Program-made: the position numbers and the translations under genes | Shown here: positions 1 to 12,360 of the stretch, one piece after another | Position numbering within the stretch: the stretch's first letter is position 1 | How the letters are laid out: every line of letters starts with the position of its first letter | Notes under the pieces: model-generated | What the model was told of the DNA's origin: nothing | The model's database searches: none | The model's input: the letters and a program-made list of their open reading frames with translations, nothing else | Assembly: GCF_036321535.1 (NCBI RefSeq) | Contig: NC_087442.1 | Span: forward strand, 31,186,001 to 31,250,000 | DNA length: 64,000 nucleotides | Direction of reading: 5' to 3' | DNA from: Camelus dromedarius | Lineage: Eukaryota

Positions 1-212
1 TTTTTCCATAAAGTACTTTCTTCTCACAGTAGTTTACTCACATTAAGAAACTTCTCAAAGAGACTCAGTTTCACTTAATTTAGTCATTTACTTCAAGTTC
101 ATTGAGGAATGAGTATTTTTAAGTCGCACATCATTGTAGCCATTGATGTCTTCAGACTTCATAACCCTCTGCCCAGGCTCAAATTTTACAGGGAGCACAA
201 TCCAGTTGCTTT

Positions 213-356
213 TATTTTTTTTAAAAAATTTTTTGCAGGGTAGGTAATTAGGTTTTTATTTGTTTACTTATTTTAATGAAGGTACTCGGGACTGAACCCA
301 GGACCTCGTGCATGCTAAGCACACATTCTATCACTGAGCTATATATCCTCCCCTCT
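213..356 (-). mobile_element. tRNA-derived SINE (camelid Vic-1-like) with intact 16-bp target-site duplication
   Basis: The minus strand reads ggatatatagctcagtgatagaatgtgtgcttagcatgcacgaggtcctgggttcagtccc (tRNA-like A/B boxes), then an A-rich tail. It is flanked by identical acaatccagttgcttt at 197-212 and 357-372. The family name is from recall. Confidence 0.9.
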
Positions 357-3300
357 ACAATCCAGTTGCTTTAAATGACTATCGTGCCAGTGGGCATGAA
401 GGTCACCTGACAGAGTATATATTGCCATGCAAAGATTCAGGCAAGAATTATCAGCAGGTCAAGAAAGACATTTGATAACTTTTCATAGATGAAAATAAAT
501 GTTTTTCATTTCACTGGAATCAGTATTGAACAGGTATTACAGGAAGGGCTATACGATAACTATTAATATCAGGAAGTCTACAAACATGAGAAAAAATATC
601 TGTAGAAAATCACGAATCTCATATTTAAAATCTACGGTTTGTCAAAAATACATGGAACTGGAAGTGATCAAATGGATCAAGTACTTGTGCACAAGTGTGT
701 ATGCATGCCTAGCAAATGTTTACTCTCAACTATGTTAACAAATCAGGATAGGGAAAAAACTTGTTAAGTCATTTTAAAGATTTAATTTTGAACCTATTGT
801 TTTGGGTGTTTTTTTTTAATCTGAATTATCTATCCTAAAGTTCAAATCAGTTGTCATCTAAGTGTGATGTCATAAACACAATATTGCTTATGATGTTTTA
901 TGACTGGGAGCAGGAATGCAGCTACACCAACAATGGAAGGAACCTGAGCAACAGTCCTGTGCAAAAGAATCCTTGGCATAAGACCACATCTATCTGTGGG
1001 CACTACATCTGACCACAGTCTAGGAACTGTCTTTATGATTAATTCCCATCTCTACTGCTGAATCGATGATGCAGTGATCTGCATTGATTATTAAGGTGAC
1101 TGAAATGACTGGATCAGACATGGCTTACCAGTGCAAATTGGCTAATTCATCAACACATAAAGATATCAGGAGAAATGTTAGTGATTGTCACATATCACCA
1201 GGAAAGGAATTACGCTGTTCTTCTCAAATCTGCTAGGCCCATTTTTACTGACACATATTGTATTTTTTAAATAAATACATTTTACCTTAGAACAATAGAC
1301 TTGATATCCTTCACAACAGTAAAAACCTGTATTTAACACACACTCATTAAGGTGAAGATCTAAGAGCCAGTCTTTTGGTGGTTGAATGGTCTTTCAGAAA
1401 AACCCCTGGGGTGATCAACTCTTACTGGTATGTTAGTTATTAGAAGGTTGCAGTGTTTGGTCACCCTAAAACAACCCCAACTCTAACTGAAATGGACATC
1501 CATGATCAATTTCCTGAGACTATGAGCCTAATGTAAAGCAAAATTAGCTTGGAAAGACCCACTTGTACTTCTATCCATTTCTAATAAAACCTCCCAGTGC
1601 TTAATATTATTCTTCAACCAGATAAACTGAAATGTTAATTTAGGCACTAAAATAAGATTGGGTCCCAACATGATTATAAGAAAGCTAAGTACTGAAGCCT
1701 AAAGAAAAATTACTAAGAGAAAAAGGGATTGTAGCAATGAAGATTTAGGTATTTCAACCCATCCTGTGACACTCTAAGGTACATAAGGATCTGTAAAAGT
1801 GTGTATCTCTTTTATTCTGATACGTAATTTAAAAAGAAAAAAATGCTGGGGAACTATGATAATTTAACAAATTCAAAATCAACAAGAGAGCCACAAGAGC
1901 TTTCTAGTTGGTTGCTGGTAAAACAAAGATTTGCGTTTTGAAGACACAAGTTCACTGGGAGTTAACATGATCTGCAGTGATGGATTCGTGGGAATTCTCC
2001 AAAGCATTCAGCATCTAGTCCATGTGCTCCCACTTTGTACAGAATCTTTTCTCCAATTACGCTGCATCACAAAGGTCTCAAGGTTTACTGTAAAGAAATA
2101 CTTAAAGATAAATGAAAAAAATGACATAGTGTTAAATTGAGACTCCAATGAGCATTGTTTGGAGAAGAGCTACTAACATGTGTTTCACTTGTTTCTGGAA
2201 AGCAAATATACTATGATTCAAAATTACTTCCGACAGCAGCCAACTGCCAACTATTTAGATTGGCTCAATTCAGCATATGCTGTGACTCCCCACGCTCCTC
2301 TGTCTTCAAAAAGCAGCTCTTCAGATTGGCAGTGAGGGAATATTTCCTTTGAACGTTTAAGGAATGTGTAAAGATAGGGGGAAAAAAGGATATAAATGCT
2401 AATAATTAAAAAGTAAATGAATAATACCCAAAGCAGAATACTTGAAAAGGCATGGTAGATTTTTACATTCCCAGAAAGTGGCAGCCAGATATGTTAAGTT
2501 CCTTTCAATAGCTCAGCTTTTGCTAATATCAACAGCGAGAAGTCCACAATGGAGGGGGAATGTCAGGAAAACTCTAGTGAAAATAAATTGGACCAACTAA
2601 CAGGAAAAAATTGCTCAGTTACCGCAGAACGTTTGCTTCACTTCTCCATTTTAGGATATCGTTCTAGACAGAGACTTAGAGAAAGGAGATCATGAGGGGA
2701 ATGGACAGGAAAGGGAGTGGGGGAAGTCACCATTACTTTTTCCCAAAAAAAGGTATATTGCAATTTAGAAACACTTTGTCAATGATTATGATTTACTACT
2801 TGAGCTGTGAATGGGGACAGCCGTGTAACATACATTCTCCTAAAGATCATAATAAAGAAAGTCTTTAATCACTAGCTCTTAAGACCAATAAATTTTGAAA
2901 TCCTATAGTTTCTGCTTGTTAGTTTACCAAAAACAATGATAAATATAAATAACTCCTCTAACTATTTTTATACACTGAATATTTTAAATTTTTATCTCAT
3001 AAGTTGAAAATGCTCTGTTGATTTAGTGGTATACCTACTCCTTGAACCAAAATCTATACATAATCTGATTCAAAATAATAAAACCAAATTAAGAACTGAA
3101 ATGTTTAACCTTCAGAACTTCACTGAGCATGATGACTGTGTGAGATAAGTTTGATTTATGAGCTTGCTGCTTGGTTATGTCAGAGGTACTACTGGCTTGG
3201 AGATTTGGGGACAGTGTCTCCTCTAACTAGTCCATTTCCACAGTGTTTCCGAACAACAACCATTCCCATCAATGAAGACCCTTCACTGTTAGCTGACTTA

Positions 3301-4099
3301 CAACTTTAATTACCTTTAAAAGTCAGCAAGACAACATCTGAATGTTCACATCTTATTAAATGACTCTCCAGATGTAAGGCTTTTAATCTCTTCAGAAAGA
3401 GGCTGACTTCATTGCCAACAAGAATTCTTATTCAGGTGAAGACATGACCTGCATAAAAAATTTCCCTTTGCCCTTTTGGCTACCCAGTAAATAGCCTAAG
3501 GATGGAAGTAAGGATAAATTAAAGAAATCACATCTAGAAGGACTGAAAAGCTCTGCTGCCATAAATAATTAGAAAAAGAAACCAACAAGCTCTGAAGCTG
3601 TGAAGGTCAGACCCAAGAAATACCTTGGACTTCACAGAAAGCCATCTTAAACAGAAGGCTGATTGATCAGTATGTGCTCTGGTTAAAATCATGAGGCATC
3701 CATCCATTTGTCTTTTTATTCCAGAAAAAAACTTTTTCCACCATTTACCAAGGACCAGATGCTGTCTGTATACATTAAATCAGCCCCTCGAGGTACCCAC
3801 AAACTCATGAGTGATCAGGGCAGGTAAAAAGATAATGAGACCTAGAAAGATTGGTGATAGGAGAAGGGGAACAGGGGCCGAAGTAAGCAGAGGAGGAGTG
3901 TCTGAACTAGTTTGTGGATGAGGGGAAAGGGGTGGGAAAGACTGCTGGAGGAATTACTGAAAGGTGAGTGAAACTGACCAGGTACAAGAAGAAGGGAGGA
4001 AACCTGTGTAGGTGTGTATTTGGGAAAGGTGGGGAGAAGAGAAGGAATATGTAAATATTTCCGTGTTGCTGGGATGGGGTGTTAGTGGCCAGTGAAAAC

Positions 4100-4680
4100 T
4101 CTTTCCTGAAAGTGTTGGAAAGCCAAGGATTGGCATTTTAACAAGGAACAGACCGTCAGGCTTTGCTTAAGAAAAATACTCTGGCTGCTGTGGGAAGAAT
4201 GAATTGGAAGCGGAGACCAGAATCCTGATATGAATGGAATGGAAAGCATGCTTTCCAGAGACAGTGGAAACTGAACTGAGCACCTGGGGGCTGAGATGCT
4301 GAAGGGGTAAAATGGCTGGTCAGGGAGCCAATGGCTGTTTTGATGAGGGCCTCGGATGGCTTTGATGATGATGAACCCTGCCTTTGCTAGGTTGTCTGGA
4401 AGGATGATCAAACTCCTTGCCCAAACTCAAAGTCCTTCATTCACTCACAGATACCCCTGTGGTTTGAACTGCATTCAGCTTTTTTCTAATATCTCCCCAC
4501 AAATCTTCAAATTGGAGCCCTTTCCTTTTCACCCAGGAAGCCACAGCCTTTCCTGAACACACCTTCATCTCAACAGGAAAAGGTTCCCATTTCTCCCCAG
4601 AATGAATCCAAATCTCATCGCCAGAGATAATTTCCTCAGACCTCCCTTTTCCTCTCACCGGGCCTCTTCTTTATAAAAGA
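4100..4680. mobile_element. Degraded L2 LINE fragments
   Basis: Contains L2-like phrases (actctggctgctgtgggaagaatgaattgg; ggagcccttt...cccaggaagcc). Boundaries and orientation are approximate. Confidence 0.45.
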
Positions 4681-4989
4681 TTTTTCTGCCCTAGAAAATT
4701 CTCCAAACTGTCTGGTGTCACTGTAACTTCTCATCACAGATCTCCATCCTACAAGAGCTGCGGTCAGAGCTACCTAGTTCAGCTTCGCTTCAGGGTTGAA
4801 GTTTCCCTCTATGTGCTGCTCTCTGGAAGCAGGTCCATGACCAGAGGGTGGAACCATCCTTGAGAAAGAGCAGCCCCTACAAATCGTAAGACTTACTGAC
4901 ATCACAACACTCCTCAACTTGATCCTTGGTCCAGAATTTCTTCGAGAGTCCCCAGAGGAGTCAAAACAAACTGGTAATATCTGAGATTG

Positions 4990-5125
4990 AGTAACAAGTT
5001 ACAGAGTGCCAGGTATTGTGCTAAATGCTTTAAATATATCATTTTATTTTATCTTCATAAGAGCTCCATGAGGTATGTACTGTCTGTGGTTCAGAAATGT
5101 TAAGTAATTTGCCCAAAGCCATGGA
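4990..5125 (-). mobile_element. MIR SINE fragment
   Basis: gtgccaggtattgtgctaaatgcttta...aagtaatttgcccaaagcc resembles the MIR core. Confidence 0.65.
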
Positions 5126-6008
5126 GGATGACTTACAGTGCTTCTCCTTCACCTCCTGTAACGAAGCCTATTCTTTATTGAGAAGACAGCTAATCCTACA
5201 TCTTCATTTCTCCTACCGTCCCGTACAGATCTGATTATGTTAGCCACACCACTAGCTAAGTCAAATACAATTCAAAAGTTTACTTCTCTTTTCACTCATC
5301 TATTTATTCAAAAACTTTTGGTGTACACTTCCTATTCTGTGCTGGCGTCAGAATTCAAAGGTGAATTTCAACCCCTACTGTAAAAGGGCGCCCAGTCTTC
5401 CCATTGTGAATGAAGATACCCTCACAGCATAATGAACTACAATTCCAAACCTCAGCAATACATGGTGAGACTTGTACACAGTTAACCCGAGTCCCCTCTC
5501 TCTGCCGTCTCAAGCACCCACCTTCTTATAGTGTATCTCTCATTCATTTTCTGGCTTTGCCAAAACATCTAGTAATCTCATTGTATTGATGGCTTCATAT
5601 TCAGTTGGGGGCTGACACCCAAGAGGGTTGACTAAATATCTGATTGAACTGAATATACCTGACCCTTAGGAAAATGTCTAAGAGCCCAAAGGAAGTTCCA
5701 GAAGAGCTTCATTTCATTGTCTGCCTGTGACCAGTACCTGGAATTTCTACAAAGAAATTACTATTTCCTCTCTAGGATGCTGAAGCCCCCTCTCTGTGCA
5801 TTTATTTTTGAGTAGAAGCCCATCATCAGGGTCCCAGCTATTTTCTTGACAGAGCTATGACATATTGAAGGTCAACAGATGCCATTATTGTTAATATTAA
5901 TGTTATGAGCACTAATAACAGTCATGACGGTCCATGCTGCTGGAGGAGAAGAAACTACGCTGAATAGCCAAGAAAGTAATTATAAGAGTGTAGTTTACTT
6001 TAAATGAA

Positions 6009-8366
6009 TTTATTCAAGTTGTCATGTATTTGCTTTGCTTGTGTTTGCACACTGCAGCAGGTGATAGTCCCAAAGTCCAATACTAATAATAAAAAAAAGG
6101 AAAAACAACTCAGCCTTTGACTGATCTGCAGAGAAGGTGAGGGAAATGTCTGGAAGAATCAGAGATGGACCATTAGCACAGAGAAAATCAAAATTGTTCC
6201 TAGGCCAGGAAACATGCGTGAGAGACAATAACATTTACACAGCTTCACTCCACTTCCATCTGCACAGACACTGCCACGAAGCTCAGAGAATGCCCAGATC
6301 TCCAAGTGTTTCAGATTTAGCTCTTAGACCTACCACATGCTCCTAAGTACCCCAAATCCTCTTTTCAAATACCTGCACAGAGCACTGACTGTCCTCTTTC
6401 AAAGGAGGTATTAGGTAGTAGGAAATTAAGAGTGAGGGAAAATAATTTTTCCAAAATATATTTGTTCTGAAATTAATAAGAATTGGCAGACAATGCTAGT
6501 TGCATGTCCATTATCCCCTTATTCCTTATTTATTCACATAACACAGGTGGGTGGCAGAAGAAAGGAGGAGGGCAGAAATGCACTCAGTTAAAATACTCTA
6601 CCAGATTTCCTTCTTACTAGAGATGGCCATGCTGACATGGTTCTGGCCCAGGACATGCAAGAAAACTTCTGTTAGGGATTTCCGGGAGAGTTTTTTCTTT
6701 ATCAATACAGGCACCACCCCTTTTATCCTCCTTCTTGTTTTTCCTTCCCATCTGGAATGCAGAGATAAGGCTAAAGATGTAGCAGCCTTCTTGTGACCAT
6801 GAGGCAATAAACATGAGGACTGAAAGCAGCATCCTAAGCTAGGGAAGCAAAAAGATAGGACACGGGGTATTGACGACTGACTTCTTGCTAAAGGGAAAAT
6901 TCCTATTTGCTTAAGCTGATGTTATTGAGTTTCTCTAACATGTAACTGAATCCTGGATGATGCAGAGGATGAAAAAAAGAAAACAGACAGACAAAACACA
7001 TCTGTGTGTTCACAGTGAAACTGCCTCCAGCATCTCTGTCATGTGTGGTTCAAATAACCTTTAGGAATAATTTCACTGTGCTCACTGAAGATTTTTTTTT
7101 TCAGTCACTGTTGTTCTGATCTCTGTCTTCTACTCAGGGTAGAGCAGCCACATGTGGCCACGTAAACAGCACACTGTGCTTTGGTTGAGAACTTGAGCCT
7201 ACATGGAGATCCTGACCTGCCCAAACCCAGGGGAATGGTGGGTCAAGTTCTGGGCAGGAGGGTAGAGAAGGCTGAAGAAGTGAGCCTCCTTCTTCACATG
7301 AGGCACCTGGGACACATCTTCACTGTCCTTTGGGAAGGAATTAGTCACTCTCTGATGGAAGCAAGATTGTCTCCCTCCCTGGCAGCTGAGCAGGAGTAGA
7401 GTGAGGGCAACCGCTCTTCTGAGTCCTCTCCAGGGTCAGAGTGGGGGGTGGGGTTGCTGCAAGTGCCTTTCTGGACATGCTCTGCTGAAGAAGTTCCTAC
7501 AAAAACAATCCCTTGACTCCTGTCATCCAAAGCATCCTTAAATAAAAAGGATGGGTCTAGGAAGCCCATAAACAGCACCTGGAAAACCTCTCCGCAATCC
7601 AGAGGAGGTCTCCTTTGATAAGTCAGTTGCAAGAACCACAGGAGAATGTGATGGAGAATGTGGTTCATTCGGTACAAATTGTCACAGCCATTGAAACCCA
7701 ACCTCGTGCACATGTCTTTCTGATAGCAGCAAGGTGCAACATGATAAGCATTGTAAGGAAAGGATTTACGTGCTATGGGATGCTGAAGAAGCTGCTCCAA
7801 TATTCAGCACCCTGGGACATCAAAGTAGGAACACACAGGCATGCAGGCTGTCAGAGGGCTCTAAGGATGCTGCAGATTGTAGCACTGTCAAATCCCAGGA
7901 CAGTACCTTCAAATGCCCACAGGGTAGACGCCCACTCCGAAGCTGCGAGTCATTTTCTTAAAATATGTGGTCCTTTAAATCTGTCTTTTCTGTCCCACTT
8001 TCATTAGACTCTTAAGTACACAAAAAATTATTTTCCCACTACATGAATAACAACAGTGCAAGTAAGATGGCAAATGGTAACAACTATGTGACCTTGGCAG
8101 TGGGGAGACATAAAGGATGGGTGGTGAATGTGGTGAAGAGAGTTGTCACCGCAACTAAAGTCACAGGCCCTCCCCAGCTCTGGCTGAATGCTACCACGCA
8201 GGCCCAGGATATTGAGGTAGTCAAGTTCTTTCAAGGAAAGCCAGCAATTTTTAAGGCAATCTCCACATTTTTAAACATACTTTTGGTCAGACAAAGCATG
8301 TCTGTGTGTTGGATCCAGCACATGGACTGCCAATTGGAGATTTCATGTTTTAAAGGTCCAAACACA
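6009..8366 (-). other. Probable 3' UTR of the minus-strand gene, with candidate AATAAA signals at 6529-6534 and 6009-6014
   Basis: It follows the TAG stop at 8367-8369. TTTATT on the plus strand (AATAAA on the minus strand) occurs at 6529-6534 and 6009-6014. The true cleavage site cannot be determined from sequence. Confidence 0.45.
6560..6955 (+). mobile_element. MLT1-type (ERVL-MaLR) solo LTR, degraded
   Basis: ttctggcccaggacatgcaag...gcagccttcttgtgaccatgagg...cctatttgcttaagc are typical of older MLT1 (H/I/J) LTRs. Confidence 0.6.
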
Positions 8367-8389
8367 CTAATAATTGCAATGAACGTCAG
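8367..8389 (-). CDS. Terminal coding exon of an unidentified spliced gene: (A)DVHCNY*
   Basis: Acceptor ...ggccttttttctgtag-type pyrimidine tract ending ctgtag|CTGACG. CT GAC GTT CAT TGC AAT TAT TAG continues the phase-1 end of the 10987-11040 exon. Confidence 0.6.
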
Positions 8390-9319
8390 CTACAGAAAAA
8401 GGCCGTCTTTACATCTCAATCTGTTTCCTCCTTTCCTGGTCCCATGCCCATCTCTAAGTTCTTATCTTTTCTTTTGTCATTTTCCTCCCCCTCAACTAGG
8501 CTTAAATTATCAGTAGGAGTGAAGTCTTAGCAGCCTTAGGATTACTTCTATCTAAAAAAACCCTTCAATTTAAAAAAAAAAAAAAGTTCTGCAAGAACAA
8601 AGGAAGGAGTCTACAGGCAGAATTTTGGAGGAGAGAGTTGGACAGTGTGGCTCAGTACACCACATCTCATAACACACAACAGAGCTTTAGCAAATTCTAC
8701 TGGTGTTTTATCACGTGAGGGTCACACAGACCTCTTTTCATATCCAAACACAGCCACACATATTTATACACACTTGGAATAACTGTGATTGCCCAAAAAG
8801 CAACATAAAAGATAAACCAACACCCTTAGAAGTGGCAGATAAGACTCAGTGAATATCAACTAGTTGACATATTTTATGTTTGTTTCCTGGGTTGGGTTTC
8901 AGTTCAGTTTGTATCAACAGGAAATGTTATGATGGAAAATTCCACAACTGGCCCACAACTTACATTCCAACTTGGATCCAAGGACCAATTTCAGCAAATC
9001 AAATAGGAAATATAATACAGAATTTTTTGGCTGTATCTTCACACAAAACTAGTAATAATAAAACTTCATGGTAGTGTGCAAAGCACTTTCAATTTCCATA
9101 GTATCAATTGATCCTCCAGACTAACAGTACATAAAACAGTTTGTGAAAATGAACACGTCCCTTAACACAAATCATGGATGGAGGCATGGTATTTTAAATT
9201 ACCTTGTAAAAATTTGTCAGCAGCAATACATGTTAATTCTAGAAATTAGCCCAATCCCCCTGGGAATTAAGTATATGATAAAGGAGGCATACTAAATAAG
9301 CAGAGGATGGTAGTTTTTA

Positions 9320-9838
9320 AAATATGTCTACAAATGTCTTTGTTACTCCTCTTTTCAAAAGATGAAGCTTAACTCTCCCGCCTTTGAGTAATGGTTGGAC
9401 TTAGACCCTCCTAATGAATAGAAGATCACATGTCACATGTAAGACTATCTTATTAAAAAAAAAAAAAAACCCTCCAACATTTGTACTGGGTGTTTTCCTT
9501 CTGTCTTGGATCACTCATTCTGGGGAAGACAGATGCCATATCATGAGAATACTCAGGTGTCCCAAGGAGAGGACCACACAGTGAGGAACAGGGGCCAGCA
9601 GCCAGCAACTACAGCTGCCAACAACCAAGGGAACAATCTTGAAGGCAGATCTTTGAACCTCCAAATGACAGCATTCCTAGCCAATAGCTTAACTATAATT
9701 TTATGAGCAACCCAGAGCCGGAGCCACCCAGAAAAGTCACTGTCCTATTCCTGACACTCAGAAACTACATGACACAATAAATGTTTGTGTTTCAACTTGA
9801 TACATTATGGACATTTTGTTACATAGCAATAGATAACA
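9320..9838 (+). mobile_element. MLT1 (E/F-like) solo LTR
   Basis: Contains ggggaagacagatgccatatcatgag, gagaggaccacacagtgaggaac and cctgacactcagaaactac...aataaatgtttgtg, and ends ttgttacatagcaatagataac. Confidence 0.75.
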
Positions 9839-9998
9839 TGGAGTCATAATTGATGGGAATGAATCTGAGAAAACACAAACCTAAACACATACTTTATACT
9901 GCTGACAAGGATAAATTCTGAACAGAGCAAAGATTCAGATGCAAAACATGACATGTTCTACATTATTACCAGAAAAATATGAGCTGATTCCTTAAAAA

Positions 9999-10171
9999 CA
10001 AGGTTTCCCAACCTTAGCACTATTAGCATTTCAGGCTGGATAATCCCTTACAGTGGGGTTCTTTCCTGTATGTGGTAGGATGTGTAGCAAGCAGCATCTC
10101 TGCCTCTGCCACTCAGGTACCTGGAAGCCCTTCCTTCCCAGTGGTGACAATCAAAACTGTCCTCAGACACT
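9999..10171 (-). mobile_element. MER20 hAT-Charlie MITE
   Basis: caaggtttcccaaccttagcactattagcattt...gtgacaatcaaaactgtcctcagacact matches the reverse complement of the recalled MER20 consensus. Confidence 0.75.
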
Positions 10172-10289
10172 AGAGTCAGGGGAGGGTAGAGGCTTTCTGA
10201 TCATGATAAAAACACAATACCCACCCACCCACCCACCCACACACAGTCCTACACAAAGTCAGAGGACAAGTGACAAGCTGGGGGGGTAA

Positions 10290-10780
10290 AAAAACAGTTG
10301 CAACTCATATCACAGGCAAATGACTATCAATCCAACAGAAAAACAGGCAAAGGATCAGAACAGACAATTCTTAGAAAAAGAAATACAAATGGCCCTCAAA
10401 CACGGGAAATGATTCTTGATCTCACTCAAAATAAGAGAAATTCAATCAAAACAAAACTAAGATATCTTCTATTTTAACTTTAAATTGGTAAAAACCTCCA
10501 AGTTTGGCACGCTCTCTTGTCATGGCTGGGAAGACAGACAGACCCTCCTACAACGCTGCTAGGAGTACTCAGTGCTTCAGCTCCTATGGAGTACAATGTA
10601 GTGCCATCTTCTGAAATCACAAATACATTTATCCACTGACCCAGCCATTCTGTTTCTAAGAGTTTATCTTACAGATGTGCCACAAGAAGTAGTACCATGT
10701 AGATATTTAAGAAGTGAGGAGCTCTCCAAGGCCATTTTGTTAAGTGAAAAACACACGGTGCAGAGCACGGCTCTCCAATA
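10290..10780 (+). mobile_element. Old L1 (L1M) ORF2/3' fragment
   Basis: ggcaaaggatcagaacagacaattc...gaaatacaaatggccctcaaacac...ctcactcaaaataagagaaattcaatcaaaac is a hallmark of the L1 ORF2 3' region. Confidence 0.7.
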
Positions 10781-10986
10781 AGAAAGTACATCCCTCATGC
10801 TGGGCTTGGCCACATGACAGGCTGCAGCCAGCAGAGTGATGGAGGCGCGTCATGTCTGAGTTTCCTGAGGCATTGTGAATTTCCACTGGTTCTCCAGCTC
10901 CTGCCCTCCGCCATAGGATGGGTATGTCCCCGCTAACAGCTGCTCCCTGACCTGGGTCCCAGAAAAAGCTGACCTAGGACGCCTAC

Positions 10987-11040
10987 CTACAGCCTGGAGC
11001 AGGGCTGCGGTGGGAGCAGAGCAGCCCATAGATCGAGTGG
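10987..11040 (-). CDS. Internal 54-nt coding exon: (S)TRSMGCSAPTAALLQAV
   Basis: Acceptor cttttctttctcag|CCACTC and donor GTAG|gtaggc. Phase is 1 at both ends, and the frame is open and matches both neighbouring exons. Confidence 0.65.
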   Translation of the reverse strand, partial: PLDLWAALLPPQPCSRL

Positions 11041-12196
11041 CTGAGAAAGAAAAGTGTGCTTTGAAAGCCCCTGAGGTTTAGAGCTTGCTTGTATTTACAA
11101 AAAATAATTGAGTGAAAATATAATAAGCAATCCTTTGTGTAAGAAAGGGGATTGACAGCAATGTATATATCATATTTGCATTTACCTTCATAACAAAGCA
11201 CTGGAAGGATAAAAAAGCAACTAGTGACAATTTTCATAGCATTGTAACGACACCAGCCAGGGCTGGTATTAACATTTGGTTGTGTTTACTTCAAGTCTTT
11301 CTTTCATCTTGTGCATATTTTTAACTAAAAATGAAATAATACACTGTGTGTTGTTTTGTAACCTTTCTTTCCCACTAAGCAGTATAAGAAGACACCTTCT
11401 CAAATGCTTACTAGCCACTTTGATACATAATTCCCAGTTGACTTACTCTGGTTTGTTCTGATATATTGTAGAAAGTTCTAGCAGAGGTCTGTGCAGAGTC
11501 ACTCATGCACACAAGCGAGAAGGCCAGTCTTCTGATGTCGGCAGGTAGGTAACCCTGTTGGAGGGAGCCTAGCCCTGCAGGGACGGGAATGTGAGTCCCT
11601 GCCGGCACAGCCAGAGCAGCCCCAGGGGCCCACGTGTGGCGCCAGCAGTGGGGAAGGCAGGAGGGACTCCAGCCACATGATGTACTTGGGAAGTACCTTT
11701 CTTCAAAGTTTTGAGAAAGACACAGATGTGTGCATTCCTCCTGAAAAATGGTTTGTTTCCAGAAGATCAGAAATTTCTGTCTCTGGCCAAATCAGAAGTC
11801 ACACACATGCACAAACAAATGTGACAGAAAACTCAGAAAATGTCTGCTTTCTCAGAGAAAAATATCTTAAGAGGGTATGCTAAGAATAGGAGGAATCTGA
11901 GATTCAGCTTGAAGTTTTTGTATCATCCAGCAAGGCCTGAGGTCACATGACTAAAGGGCAGGGGGCACCCATGGCAGCCCAGTGGCACTGCACTGTCATG
12001 CCTCTGTCCAAACAGTGTCGTGCTGAACTGTATCTGTTCATCTGATTCACTGCTGTAACACAGGTTGCTTTTAATGCAACATATCACCTTTGCACCTACA
12101 GTGAAAAAGGACATTCTAATAGTATGAATGTGTATGTTTTAAATCATACAAACTAAAAGCCACATGCAACACCGAACTGCTGGCATACAGCACCCG

Positions 12197-12360
12197 NNNN
12201 NNNNNNNNNNNNNNNNNNNNNNNNNNNNNNNNNNNNNNNNNNNNNNNNNNNNNNNNNNNNNNNNNNNNNNNNNNNNNNNNNNNNNNNNNNNNNNNNNNNN
12301 NNNNNNNNNNNNNNNNNNNNNNNNNNNNNNNNNNNNNNNNNNNNNNNNNNNNNNNNNNNN
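12197..12360. other. N-run (assembly gap or mask)
   Basis: Run of N seen directly. Confidence 0.98.

Noticed and set aside
290-350. tRNA-like sequence
   Set aside because: It is the head of the SINE, has no complete cloverleaf and continues into a SINE tail.
7181-8516. Cluster of overlapping ORFs (151, 130, 157 aa) suggesting a gene or retrocopy
   Set aside because: They are on both strands and in different frames, I recognise no domain, and they lie in the inferred 3' UTR or across the terminal exon. There is no poly(A)/TSD signature. Best explained as chance.
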